DNA of 64,000 bases, from contig CAJOJI010000001.1 in the NCBI GenBank assembly GCA_905234715.1, positions 8,582 to 72,581 of the forward strand, given 5' to 3'. Shown one piece after another: positions 35,421-45,609 of this stretch (position 1 is its first letter; each line of letters starts with the position of its first letter). This stretch comes from an uncultured Saccharofermentans sp. Lineage in GTDB: Bacteria; Bacillota; Clostridia; Saccharofermentanales; Saccharofermentanaceae. The position numbers and the translations under genes were made by a program. The notes below the pieces were generated by a model. The model did not search any database. It saw nothing but the letters and a program-made list of their open reading frames with translations, and was not told where the DNA came from.

Positions 35421-38400
35421 TTCTTATCTTCATTTGCTTTTTCCTGCTTTTCCTGTTCCTGTTTCTCGAGTTCGGCTTTTTCGTGTTCTTTCTTTTCTTT
35501 TTCTTCCTTCTCGAACCTCTTATGGATGTTATCGATATCCTCAGTGGTTCCGCCGCCCACATCATCCGGAGCTCTGAATCCTCCGCGGTCGACGATCCTT
35601 AAGAATGCATCAACGACATCTTCTGTAAGCTGTGTGCCGGATGCACCCTTGATGATGGATACGACCTTCTCGAAATTCATTCTGTTTCTGTAAGGACGGT
35701 TGGAATACATCGCATCGAAAGCATCCGCAACACCGATTATCTGGGCAACACGGGGAATCTCATCGCCCTTTAAGCCGTTAGGATATCCCTTGCCGTCCGG
35801 TCTCTCGTGGTGAGCCTCGGCACCTACTGAAAGTTCAGGCATTATGCTGATGTCCTTCAGAACGTTATAACCCAAAACAGTATGTGACTGGATCGTTTTA
35901 TACTCTTCATCGTCAAGCTTTCCTGCTTTGTTGAGAACCTCTCCCGGAACACCGATCTTACCGATGTCGTGGAGGAGTGCGATGTTGTAGTACTTCTCAA
36001 CAGTCTCTTCATCGTAACCCAATTCACGCGTGAGAATCGCAGTGTATTCGGCAACTCTCTTGGAGTGACCGTTGGTGTACTTGTCCTTCATATCGATCGT
36101 CTTTGCAAATGCCTCAACGATCTCTCTGATGAGGATCTTGTCCTCTTCCTGTTTCTTTAAGAGCTTCTTGGTCTTCTTTCTTACATAGATGACAACAACA
36201 GTTGCGATAAGAGCGAGACCTAAAAGTCCGATGCATACCATGAACCACGAGTATTCATAGATCGCCATCTGCTTAACCAGCGTAATGGAATATTCATTGC
36301 TGCCGTATCCCATCGCATCGGAGATCGTCATGCGGAATGTGTATGTGCCGCCCTTAAGGTTGGTGTAGTCAATGGATGTAAGCTCATTTCTGTGAACAGT
36401 TGTATCGGCTGCTGCGAATCCGTCCAGTGCATAAGTAACGGTAGGATTCATGAGCGTGTATGTGCAGATGTGAGGATAGATCGTGATCTTCTTTACATCA
36501 CTTGGAACGTTAAAGACTCCGTTTGAATCCGGATAATATTTCTCACCGTCCGCATCGATATAAGGAATAGTCATCTTGATGTTATCGACATTCTCGAAAC
36601 GCTTCTCGATATTGACCTTCGCAACACCGGTGGAACCTGCAACATAGAGGACACCCGCATCAGTTACACAGCTGTATGAATTGGAAGTTGCAATTACCGG
36701 AAGGCCGTTGTCGATGCCGTAGAATACCGGATTGATCTCGCCGTTGGCGATAAGATCGTCTGCGCTTTCAACATAGATGCCGTTACTGCTCAATACCCAT
36801 ATCTCACCCTTTGAATTCTCACAAAGATCGAAGTTGTTGGAGAAAGGGAAATTCTCTATCGTGTGGATCTCATAATCAGCAGTCATGTACGCAAGCGAGT
36901 TACTTGTTACGATCCAGTAGACATCACGGTTAACATCCTTCTTGATCCTCATTACAACGTCAGACATCAGTCCGTTTGAAGTATCAAGGTGCTTCGTGCC
37001 GGATGCGCCGACAACATAGATTCCGTCGCCGTCGGTACCTGCAAGCATGTCTCCGTTTGTTCCTTCGGATACGGTCAGGATTTCGGTGTTGTTAATTCCG
37101 GAATCTGAATCGTAAACCTTCACAACCTGATCATCACGGATAACAGCCATACCGCCCGTGCAGGCAACGAGATATGAACCGTCAGAACACTCAGCGACAG
37201 CTCTTATTCTCTTTGAAGGCATTCCGTCTTCAACTCCGAATGTCATTACGTCACCATGATTGAATCTTACAAGGGCTTCATCGCCATATGTGGATATCCA
37301 CAATCTGTCTCTGCTGTCCTTGATTATCGACCTGATCCTGACACCTTTGAGCATCGATAAAAGTTCAAGATAGCCCTGATGTTCGCCTGATGCAGTCACT
37401 GCATAATTGATCCTGATGCTGTCAACTTTGCCGTCTTTATCAATTACTGTAAGGCCTGAGTCTGTACCGATAAAGAGCATGTCATCGCAATAACAGGTTG
37501 TGTTGACAACCGCTTCATCGAGATCATAAGCATCGAAAACATCGGTGAACTGATTCGGGACGATCTTCATGACACCCTGTCTTGCTGAAACAAACCAGAG
37601 ATTGCCCTGGTAGTCAGCCATGACGCCTTCAATTTTTGCGTTCATGGGAACATTCTCGAGAGGCTTTACCTCTTCATCCCTGTAAACACCGGCACCGTTA
37701 TTTGCACAGATCCAGAGGGCATCTCCTTCAAACGCAATATAGTTAACATACTCAAGATCTCCAAGATTGATTCGCTGATTCTTCGGGAAACCTTCTTCAA
37801 GGCTTCCGTACCATACCTTTGAGCCCTTGGTACCGAGATAGAGATAACCCGGATTATTAGGGTCAGTAGCAAGAGCGTGAACATCTTCGATGCCGAGTTT
37901 CTCGGGATCAAAGAACTTACCGAGTGCTCTGTCAGCAATAGTAAACACATCACCGTCCACGGTGAGTGCATAAATGATGCCGTCAGCACCCTTTTCGAGA
38001 CGTTTGACGTATTTATCATCGATCATGGAATCATCGATAATTGCAAGAGTTCCGTCGGCATTTGCATAAGCGACACCCTGCGTGGTCGCAATGTAGATCT
38101 CACCGTCATTGCCTTCTGCAAATGATCTTACGGAAGCTGAAGGAAGGCCTTCAGGCTTGCCGTACATCGTAACGTTGCCGTAGTTGTCCATGACTGCTGC
38201 GCCGTTATCATTCGTTCCGATCCAGAGTCTGTCGTGGCTGTCAACGAAAAGGCTTACGACGCTCGCGATACCCGTGGTGGATTTATATCTCTCGAAAGTA
38301 TTGCCGTCATATCTGATAAGTCCGCCGTAGCTTCCGATCCAGATAAAACCGTCAGCTGTCTCGGCAATGGCATTAGCTTCAGATGTGGGTAGACCGGTCG

Positions 38401-38575
38401 TGTTGTCATAGAGGTAAGCCGCATATTCCTCGCGCTTGCCCGTAGGATCAGCGATATGCGTGTCGTCATCAGCTCTTAAAAGACCTGGAGCTGCAGAGAA
38501 AACCACACAAAGTGACAGGACCATTCCCAGAACGGCCTTTAAAAGTCTGCCCTTGCTGTTCCGCTTCTCTGTCAT
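35408..38575 (-). CDS. Membrane HD-GYP phosphodiesterase with beta-propeller (Reg_prop) and Y_Y_Y sensor ectodomain
   Basis: Signal peptide, repeated G.IWIG(T/S) blades, YTNLKGGTYTF, a TM helix, then GHSKRV, LLHDIGK, HHERPDGKGYP and VADAFDAM. Confidence 0.9.
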   Translation of the reverse strand: MTEKRNSKGRLLKAVLGMVLSLCVVFSAAPGLLRADDDTHIADPTGKREEYAAYLYDNTTGLPTSEANAIAETADGFIWIGSYGGLIRYDGNTFERYKSTTGIASVVSLFVDSHDRLWIGTNDNGAAVMDNYGNVTMYGKPEGLPSASVRSFAEGNDGEIYIATTQGVAYANADGTLAIIDDSMIDDKYVKRLEKGADGIIYALTVDGDVFTIADRALGKFFDPEKLGIEDVHALATDPNNPGYLYLGTKGSKVWYGSLEEGFPKNQRINLGDLEYVNYIAFEGDALWICANNGAGVYRDEEVKPLENVPMNAKIEGVMADYQGNLWFVSARQGVMKIVPNQFTDVFDAYDLDEAVVNTTCYCDDMLFIGTDSGLTVIDKDGKVDSIRINYAVTASGEHQGYLELLSMLKGVRIRSIIKDSRDRLWISTYGDEALVRFNHGDVMTFGVEDGMPSKRIRAVAECSDGSYLVACTGGMAVIRDDQVVKVYDSDSGINNTEILTVSEGTNGDMLAGTDGDGIYVVGASGTKHLDTSNGLMSDVVMRIKKDVNRDVYWIVTSNSLAYMTADYEIHTIENFPFSNNFDLCENSKGEIWVLSSNGIYVESADDLIANGEINPVFYGIDNGLPVIATSNSYSCVTDAGVLYVAGSTGVAKVNIEKRFENVDNIKMTIPYIDADGEKYYPDSNGVFNVPSDVKKITIYPHICTYTLMNPTVTYALDGFAAADTTVHRNELTSIDYTNLKGGTYTFRMTISDAMGYGSNEYSITLVKQMAIYEYSWFMVCIGLLGLALIATVVVIYVRKKTKKLLKKQEEDKILIREIVEAFAKTIDMKDKYTNGHSKRVAEYTAILTRELGYDEETVEKYYNIALLHDIGKIGVPGEVLNKAGKLDDEEYKTIQSHTVLGYNVLKDISIMPELSVGAEAHHERPDGKGYPNGLKGDEIPRVAQIIGVADAFDAMYSNRPYRNRMNFEKVVSIIKGASGTQLTEDVVDAFLRIVDRGGFRAPDDVGGGTTEDIDNIHKRFEKEEKEKKEHEKAELEKQEQEKQEKANEDKKEQS

Positions 38576-38660
38576 AAGACAATTTTATCACTTTGTCAGA
38601 TTCTTTTGTCTTTTTTAAGTTAAATATATGTTAACTAAATGAGAAGAGAACAGTGGGTGA

Positions 38661-39113
38661 TCACCTGTGGATATAAAGTCTGGTCGGTTCAGGCTCGCCG
38701 TCGCCATGAGCCATGCAGTGGAATTCCCAGCCGTAACGCTCGTAAAAGCCCACGTGATCGGTTACGAGATATAGTGGTGTAACGCCCTTGGATCTCATAT
38801 CCTCAACAACAAGATTCAAAAGGTTGCCTGCGATTCCCTGCGAACGGTATTCCGGCTCGGTAAAAACGGCACAGACATTGGGATTTAAATCTTTTCTGTC
38901 ATGGAAGTCATTATCGATAACGCCCATGCCTCCGACGATCTTTTCGCCGTCAAGGCAGAGATACCAGCCGTATTCAGTCGATCCGTCAAGGTATGCGTTT
39001 ATGCATTCGAGATACGCTTCCTTAGGAACTCCCCAGCTCTTGTTAAACCATTCAGCCGCAGCCTCATTCAGTTCGGGGCGTTCTCTTAACGTGATATATG
39101 TAAATTCGGACAT
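38661..39113 (-). CDS. GNAT N-acetyltransferase
   Basis: VFTEPEYRSQGIA and FYERYGW. Confidence 0.88.
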   Translation of the reverse strand: MSEFTYITLRERPELNEAAAEWFNKSWGVPKEAYLECINAYLDGSTEYGWYLCLDGEKIVGGMGVIDNDFHDRKDLNPNVCAVFTEPEYRSQGIAGNLLNLVVEDMRSKGVTPLYLVTDHVGFYERYGWEFHCMAHGDGEPEPTRLYIHR

Positions 39114-39135
39114 AGTGTCCTCCTTATATGCAGGA

Positions 39136-40032
39136 TTATGTTTTAACTATACACCTGTCGTCGATATCGGCAATAGCAGAAAAACCCGTACAGCTCATGA
39201 CAAACCTCAGTTCGTCATTGACGTTCCTGATAAACTTCGATACACCTTCTACACCGCCTTCTTCAAGAGAAGGAAGCATAGATCTTCCGACAGCTGCCGC
39301 ATCCGCTCCAAGAGCAAGACACTTATATACATCAGAGCCGCTTGCAATACCGCAGTCCACGATTATCTTCACATCTCTTCCTTCAAGAGCTTTCTTTATC
39401 GAAGGAAGGACCATCATGGGAGGAACGGCATAAGGAAGCCTGCCGTGATGGTGGCTTACGATAATCGCCTTGGCGCCGAGATCGGCACACTTTATAGCCT
39501 CTTCTTCGCTTAACACGCCCTTGATAACAAACGGAAGCTTTGTAGATTCAATATAAGATCTGATCATGTCTGAAGTCTGGACTGCCATAGGCTCTCCGAC
39601 AACGACATCCAGTCCGTCATTTCCGAAGATATGGTCGATGTCCATACCGACACCGAACGCACCGCAGTCTTCAGCGAACTTAAACTGGTCTCTAATCTTT
39701 TCGTTATCAGCATAAGGCTTTACGATTCGGACAGTTTTCGCTCCGGTATCGGCAATGCGCTTGAACATGTCATTCTCCATCATGCCGACGAAGTTTAGGA
39801 TATTCAGGTTTTTCGCAGCAATGGAATACTCCTCAAGGCCTGTCAACTCACGGCCTCCGAATTCCTTGAGATGCGAGAATGCAGGGGTCATTACAGGGCT
39901 CGAAAACTTCGCGCCGAACATTTCGATACTTGTATCTGCAACCACAGAATCTATCAGGCGCTCATTGATAAGGATGCTGTCCATATAGCGTGCCGTGATC
40001 TCATTTGCGTCAGAAATCCTACTGTATGCCAT
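39136..40032 (-). CDS. FMN-dependent alpha-hydroxy acid oxidase/dehydrogenase family
   Basis: PFVIKGV, IIVSHHHGR, DCGIASGSDVYKCLALGA. Confidence 0.85.
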   Translation of the reverse strand: MAYSRISDANEITARYMDSILINERLIDSVVADTSIEMFGAKFSSPVMTPAFSHLKEFGGRELTGLEEYSIAAKNLNILNFVGMMENDMFKRIADTGAKTVRIVKPYADNEKIRDQFKFAEDCGAFGVGMDIDHIFGNDGLDVVVGEPMAVQTSDMIRSYIESTKLPFVIKGVLSEEEAIKCADLGAKAIIVSHHHGRLPYAVPPMMVLPSIKKALEGRDVKIIVDCGIASGSDVYKCLALGADAAAVGRSMLPSLEEGGVEGVSKFIRNVNDELRFVMSCTGFSAIADIDDRCIVKT

Positions 40033-40843
40033 CCAGCACCTCCTTGAGGTAATTCATGTAAGTTATGTATTCTTCATCGGTGTTCAGGTGTTCGAGAATA
40101 ACGGGCATTTCATTATCTATGGAATTCATTTTCTCCACATAATGGCGAAGAGGATATTCGCCTTTGCCCGGAGCACATTCTTCAAGCTGGAAAGTGTATT
40201 CTTCCTTTAGGTGCACGTCCTTGATATGGCAGCTTCTTATCCTTTTTCCAAGTAGTTCTGCGCAGCGGTCGACAAAGGCTTCGGCCTCATAATATCTCTC
40301 GAGAGAATTGGTCATGTTGATAATGTCCATGTGAACTGCGAACCTGTCGCGGTCAACCTCTTCAATGAGTCTTATATAATCTTCAGGTCCCGTCGGAATC
40401 ATCCAGGGCATCGGTTCTAAAGTGAAATAAGTGTTTGTCACTTCCGCCCTGTCTATTATCTCCTGAACCATCTTTACGATCTGTTCTCTTGTATCTTTGG
40501 AGAAGTTTTCCTTATAGTGTCCGTCCCACCTGGGACCCAACGCACCTGCAACATTTACGGCACAGCGTGCGCCTATCCTGTCTGCAAGCTGAAGCTGCCT
40601 TACGCAATAATCGCGCTGAGCTTTTCTGTCTTCAGGATCGACAGACATGGCATTTCTCCAGATGCCGACTTCAGCGATAAGAAGGCCGTGCTTTTTAGCA
40701 GCATCGACATACTCTTGTATCTTTTCTTCGGGATCGTTTGACGAGAGCGGGAAGACAACCGCACGGCAACCCAAGGCCGTCTGATTCTTTGCCCATTCTT
40801 CTGCCGAATCGTGTTTAAGCGGACTTGATGTTCCGAGTCTCAT
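40019..40843 (-). CDS. Sugar-phosphate isomerase/epimerase TIM-barrel protein
   Basis: LEPM, HMDIIN, CHIKD and ILEHL metal-ligand pattern. Confidence 0.8.
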   Translation of the reverse strand: MRLGTSSPLKHDSAEEWAKNQTALGCRAVVFPLSSNDPEEKIQEYVDAAKKHGLLIAEVGIWRNAMSVDPEDRKAQRDYCVRQLQLADRIGARCAVNVAGALGPRWDGHYKENFSKDTREQIVKMVQEIIDRAEVTNTYFTLEPMPWMIPTGPEDYIRLIEEVDRDRFAVHMDIINMTNSLERYYEAEAFVDRCAELLGKRIRSCHIKDVHLKEEYTFQLEECAPGKGEYPLRHYVEKMNSIDNEMPVILEHLNTDEEYITYMNYLKEVLDGIQ

Positions 40844-40956
40844 GGTGCCTCCTTCACAAAAAGCAGCAGGTACTGCAAGGAAGTTATCATTTACAAGCCG
40901 ATTATAGCAAAACCCGGAAAATGCTTATGTCAAATGTCAGACTTCAATTTCGCTTA

Positions 40957-42024
40957 TTATTTCAGATCTGCAAGAGCTCTTTTGCACTCTTCTACAATGA
41001 TGGTCTTTTCCGTCATGTCCATCCTCTTATTTTCGGATGTGCGCTTCATGATCCTTTTGATCCCCGCTTTATTTCCGTGAACATAACAGTCATTGATCGC
41101 GTTTATGCGTCCCATTATGTTCTGTGCAAGAAGAGTATATCTGTTGTCTTCAAGCTTGATTACCGTCGCATTTTTCTTCTCGAAATGACGTCTCCACTTA
41201 TCGACGTTAATATCACGGAACGTCGTGTCGGCAGCATATATTCCGAAGTCGAAAAATCTGTCCAGAGACGTCGAGATATTATTCCCGGATTCTCTTATCA
41301 TCCTTCTGAACTTTGATTTAACAAGCGATGTGCCTTTCATGAAAACAGCATAGCCGTCGAACTTGGAAGGATCGTCAAAAAACAGATAGGTCCATATTCC
41401 TTCGAGAATGAATCTCTTATCTTTATGTTCTGCGGCGTATCCGCATGCAAACTTAATGAACTCCACGAACACTTCCCCGTGATTTCCAAACACGGGACGT
41501 TCATCACGCGTGATATAGTATTTAGAACCCTCTCCGGTGAAGAATGAATAGAGGAGATCACCCATGTCCTTAAGCTGTTTCAGGGTAAAGTGGTCCTTGG
41601 CACAGACAAGATCGTCGAGCTCAACTTTCTCTATTCCTTCACCCTCGTATTCTCTTGTGAGATGTGACTTGCCCGAGCCGGAATAACCGATGACAAAACA
41701 GAGATTCACATCACCGTCGTCAAACGCTTTCTTGTTGTAATAAAGGTCAGGCTCTGATACCAGGAACGTCTCGTTAACCGGAACCGGTGATTCAAACTTG
41801 AAGCGGTAGCTCATCGTAAAGAACATATTCGGAACGGTGCATCCGAATAGTTTTACGGAATAGTAATCCGAGAATCTTCTGTTACCTCTTGAAAGCTTAA
41901 GATATTTCATGAAAGACTCGATCAGTTCTTCACGTGAACCGACCTCGTCGCTTATCAAAGCAACCTCAGGATCGTCCTGAAGCGCTTCAAATGTAAGATC
42001 CTCATCTGCTATCAACTTATTCAT
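40957..42024 (-). CDS. Hypothetical P-loop NTPase-like protein
   Basis: Internal Walker A VIGYSGSGKS, then ELDDL and ILEG. Confidence 0.55.
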   Translation of the reverse strand: MNKLIADEDLTFEALQDDPEVALISDEVGSREELIESFMKYLKLSRGNRRFSDYYSVKLFGCTVPNMFFTMSYRFKFESPVPVNETFLVSEPDLYYNKKAFDDGDVNLCFVIGYSGSGKSHLTREYEGEGIEKVELDDLVCAKDHFTLKQLKDMGDLLYSFFTGEGSKYYITRDERPVFGNHGEVFVEFIKFACGYAAEHKDKRFILEGIWTYLFFDDPSKFDGYAVFMKGTSLVKSKFRRMIRESGNNISTSLDRFFDFGIYAADTTFRDINVDKWRRHFEKKNATVIKLEDNRYTLLAQNIMGRINAINDCYVHGNKAGIKRIMKRTSENKRMDMTEKTIIVEECKRALADLK

Positions 42025-42075
42025 AAGATGATTTTAGTCTTCATGAAAGGGATTATCAACAAGGCCCGTTTCAGC

Positions 42076-42657
42076 TCATTTTGACGCTGTTTCCTCATCA
42101 TAATGAGAAAGGTATTCCAACAAAAACGAGTGCCTCGATTCAGCAAGTTTTTTGGCTGTCTCTGTATTCATCTCATCTTTGAGCAAAAGGAGCTTGTCGT
42201 GAAAATGCTGAACTGATTCTACGATGCTTCTTCCGTGTTCTCCGCCGTAAGCAAAAGTGCGCGCAATTCCAATCGCGCCCATGGCATCCAGCCTGTCGGC
42301 ATCCTGAACTATCATGCTCTCAATTGTCTCAGGCTTCTTCCCGCGGTTTTTGCTGAAAGACACCGAATTAATTGCACGGCAGATTTCTTCTGTCAGCTCA
42401 TCCGAAACACCGTTCTCCTTCAGAAATTCACGTGTGTTTTCATTGTTCTCATGATCAAACAGTTTATGGTCATCTGCATCGTGAAGAATGGCAGCCAGAG
42501 ACACGACTGTCAGATTGCAGCCGGGTTCATTTTCTGCGATAGCAAGCGCGTTATTATACACGCGCAAAGAATGAGCGGCATCGTGTCCGCCGGCATTATT
42601 TTCCAGCAGTTTTGAAACGTATTCTATTGCATCTTTTATCAGTTTTTCGTTGTCCAT
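42076..42657 (-). CDS. HD domain phosphohydrolase
   Basis: GHDAAHSLRV, ILHDADD, VQDADRLDAMGAIGIARTF. Start moved to ATG 42657. Confidence 0.88.
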   Translation of the reverse strand: MDNEKLIKDAIEYVSKLLENNAGGHDAAHSLRVYNNALAIAENEPGCNLTVVSLAAILHDADDHKLFDHENNENTREFLKENGVSDELTEEICRAINSVSFSKNRGKKPETIESMIVQDADRLDAMGAIGIARTFAYGGEHGRSIVESVQHFHDKLLLLKDEMNTETAKKLAESRHSFLLEYLSHYDEETASK

Positions 42658-42667
42658 ATTTCTACCT

Positions 42668-43843
42668 TTAGTCTTCTGATTCAAATAAAGGGTTCAGATA
42701 TTTATATATCATAAACGCGGTATTTTCCTTCTGATTTGCAAACATTATTATGTAAAGATGTTTGCCGTTGCGTTCTATGACGTAGTTCTCCGTATGGAAT
42801 CCGTGAGTCGAACCGCCGTGATTGATAAGGTCTTCCTTCTCCTTGAAAAAGCCGCATGCATAACCGTCGATCTGATAGAAGAATTCTTCCATGGTCTTAT
42901 CGTTCAAAAGATAACCTCCGAACAATGCACGGTCGTATCTCAGAAGATCCACAACTGTTGAATGGATGTCGCCGCAGCCTTTGGTCTGGCACGGCTCGAT
43001 ATACCATGCATCATCCTTGATCGAAGCTGTTATATCGCCAAAGCTCATCGAGGTGGTATCCTTCATTCCGCAAGGCTCGAATATCTCTTCCGTCAAATAC
43101 TCTTCATAGGATCTGCCTGTAACTCTTTCGAGTATTACCGCCAGAATAAAATAGTTCGTATTTGAGTATTGGAACTCCGTATCAGGTTCGTTATTAGGCC
43201 TGCATGAGAACACACTCCTCATGATTGTATCATCGTCAACCGAGTTATACAGTTGATGAACTATGCTTTCTTCGGACATAAACTCTGCGTCATATCCAAG
43301 AGCATTCATTATCGTCTCGGCATCGAAAAACAGTGTCGGCTCATTAACATAATCCGGAATGCCGGAACGAATATGAAGCATATTGCTTATGGTTACCTTG
43401 GATGTCCTGTCGTAATAAGCGCAGTCGCTGTATTCAGGGAAATACTTTTCGAGCGTGTCATCCAAGGAAACCTTGCCTTCCTGGACAAGTTTCATGATTG
43501 ATACAGCAGTAAAAGATTTTGTTATGGAACCTATTTCATATGTCGTGTAGAGCGAGACTTCGTTACCATCATTATCGAGAAGCCCCGTGCCTGATGCAAA
43601 GATGACTTCATCATCAGTCGCAACTATCAAAGAACCTCTGAGCTCAGTTTCCTGTGCCTGATAAAGAAGAACATCTACCATGTTCTCATATTCCTTATCG
43701 GTATTTATCCATATGTTTCCGTCAACGGTCTGAAGCTTAGAGATCTCATTCTCAATATTGGTCTTAGTCTTCAGGTCTTTCTTGCAGGAAGTTATTCCAA
43801 GCACCATGACTGCCGTCATGAGAGCGGCTATTACTTTTTTCAT
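42668..43843 (-). CDS. Serine hydrolase (beta-lactamase class C-like) lipoprotein
   Basis: Lipobox ITSC, SITK (SxxK), YSN and HGG. Start moved to ATG 43843. Confidence 0.85.
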   Translation of the reverse strand: MKKVIAALMTAVMVLGITSCKKDLKTKTNIENEISKLQTVDGNIWINTDKEYENMVDVLLYQAQETELRGSLIVATDDEVIFASGTGLLDNDGNEVSLYTTYEIGSITKSFTAVSIMKLVQEGKVSLDDTLEKYFPEYSDCAYYDRTSKVTISNMLHIRSGIPDYVNEPTLFFDAETIMNALGYDAEFMSEESIVHQLYNSVDDDTIMRSVFSCRPNNEPDTEFQYSNTNYFILAVILERVTGRSYEEYLTEEIFEPCGMKDTTSMSFGDITASIKDDAWYIEPCQTKGCGDIHSTVVDLLRYDRALFGGYLLNDKTMEEFFYQIDGYACGFFKEKEDLINHGGSTHGFHTENYVIERNGKHLYIIMFANQKENTAFMIYKYLNPLFESED

Positions 43844-43922
43844 TCCTTTGATCCCCCGATCGTCATTCCTTATATATCCAAGACCCATTATACAATTTAC
43901 TTGTTTCTTTACAGCATCAGGC

Positions 43923-43948
43923 AAAATAAAAGGCGGAAATACCGCCTT
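43923..43948 (-). terminator. Intrinsic terminator
   Basis: AAGGCGG/CCGCCTT stem followed on the minus strand by TTTATTTT. Confidence 0.6.
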
Positions 43949-43987
43949 AGAGATTTGCTCTTTTACGCAGGCACCCGAAGTGCAAAT

Positions 43988-44758
43988 TTATAGTTTTCTG
44001 GCCTTAATGCAAAACGAGATCGGCAGCATTTCCGCTTTTCTGGTTTTCAGGTCTGTTTTGTCTGCTGCTTCTTCAGAATCGGTATCACTTTCTTCAACGA
44101 GCTGTTCTATTACAAACCCGGCTTTTGCCAGTGCGTTTATATACGTGGATATCTTACGGTTGCACAGCACGATCTCACTGTCATGGACCGGCATTTTAAA
44201 ATACGATTCGTCGAAATAACTTCTGGTCATCACAAACTTATCATTCTCTATGACATCACTTCTCTCATCACAGGACCATGCGATACAGTAATGAAGTGTG
44301 TGATGCCAGCTGAAGATAAAGATGCCGTCCTTCTTAAGATAAGATGCAATCTTATCAAGAGTTCCCTGAAGATCCGTTGTCCATCCTATACCGTAGATAG
44401 AATAAACATAATCGAAATAATGCTTCGGAACATCTAAATCATCTTCCATCTTTGCGCAGATCAACTTTGCACTGTAACCGTTTTCTCCAAGCAGTTTTGA
44501 AGCATTATCCAGCTGCTTTTGAGACAGGTCGACACCCCATAATTCACCTGTGCCTTTTGCCGCGTTATAGAGAAGTGAATGGCCGCTTCCGCAGCAAATC
44601 TCGAGCATCTTCTTGCCGCTTACGTCGCCGAACAAATGAAGGTCATCTTCTGTAGGAAAACGCACTCCGTATTTGGGAAGCGCCGTCGTGCCAAACCAAA
44701 GATCAGCGTGCTGATCCCAATAGGCTTTATTTATCTCAATGATTTCTTCATTATCCAT
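43988..44758 (-). CDS. Class I SAM-dependent methyltransferase
   Basis: MLEICCGSG and GVDLSQKQL. Confidence 0.88.
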   Translation of the reverse strand: MDNEEIIEINKAYWDQHADLWFGTTALPKYGVRFPTEDDLHLFGDVSGKKMLEICCGSGHSLLYNAAKGTGELWGVDLSQKQLDNASKLLGENGYSAKLICAKMEDDLDVPKHYFDYVYSIYGIGWTTDLQGTLDKIASYLKKDGIFIFSWHHTLHYCIAWSCDERSDVIENDKFVMTRSYFDESYFKMPVHDSEIVLCNRKISTYINALAKAGFVIEQLVEESDTDSEEAADKTDLKTRKAEMLPISFCIKARKL

Positions 44759-44767
44759 TTAGTTAAG

Positions 44768-45262
44768 TTAAATACGCTTGCCGCGGATCTCGCAATCCTG
44801 GATCCTTGTGCCGTCTTTTTTGATCATGACGTTTTCCCATTTGAAACTGTTTTCTGTGATATCCGAAAAGATCCAATAGGTATCCTCCTGATCAAGAACT
44901 ATTCCTACGAGCTTATCTCCTTCTTTTGTAAAGGTAAGTCTCTTCATGCAGTGATCGCACGTATAGCAGACGTCATAACACTTATCTTTTGCATTGAACA
45001 TACGGAACGAAGAACCGTATTCGCCGTCAGGCTGCGGCTGTCCCTCCTTAGTTGCTCTCGAAGGGAAGATAAAAACATCCTGGATGCCTGCGCCCTCAAG
45101 AACTCTCCTGAAGATCCACTCGCCTTTTACAAATCTTTTCCGGCCGCCGTACTCGTCGAAATAATCGCAGTCCCAGTCACCTAAGAGCGGTGCGAACCAA
45201 TCGTACTCATCAGGTATCTTATCCGTCTTCTCACTCAGTAAAGCATCAATAAAACTATCCAT
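44768..45262 (-). CDS. Hypothetical protein
   Basis: 164-aa ORF with RBS, in operon orientation. Confidence 0.65.
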   Translation of the reverse strand: MDSFIDALLSEKTDKIPDEYDWFAPLLGDWDCDYFDEYGGRKRFVKGEWIFRRVLEGAGIQDVFIFPSRATKEGQPQPDGEYGSSFRMFNAKDKCYDVCYTCDHCMKRLTFTKEGDKLVGIVLDQEDTYWIFSDITENSFKWENVMIKKDGTRIQDCEIRGKRI

Positions 45263-45283
45263 TTCCTTCTCCCCATTTTTTGA

Positions 45284-45595
45284 TCAATACATCTCGCCTT
45301 CATCGCCTTGTATTACGGCGCCCAGAGCCTGTGCAAGAGGTCTTATGGTCTCAACGGCATCTTCATTACGGGCAGCAACAGTAAGCATTCCCTTCCTTAA
45401 CCTTATTGCAGCACCGTTATACGAAAACATATCGTTTGCATTCATCTTAATTGAAACACCCGACTGAGGATTAACATTTGAGATCTCGCCCATTTTTTCA
45501 ACACCGCTGACTGAAAGCAATTCCGTTTCGGTAACCGGTGCATTTGTTCCTTCCCACCAGTTGGTTCCTCTGAAAATGTGCAGATCGTATGCCAT
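45284..45595 (-). CDS. Hypothetical protein
   Basis: 103-aa ORF with GGAGG RBS. Confidence 0.65.
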   Translation of the reverse strand: MAYDLHIFRGTNWWEGTNAPVTETELLSVSGVEKMGEISNVNPQSGVSIKMNANDMFSYNGAAIRLRKGMLTVAARNEDAVETIRPLAQALGAVIQGDEGEMY

Positions 45596-45609
45596 ACAGC
45601 ACCTCCGGA

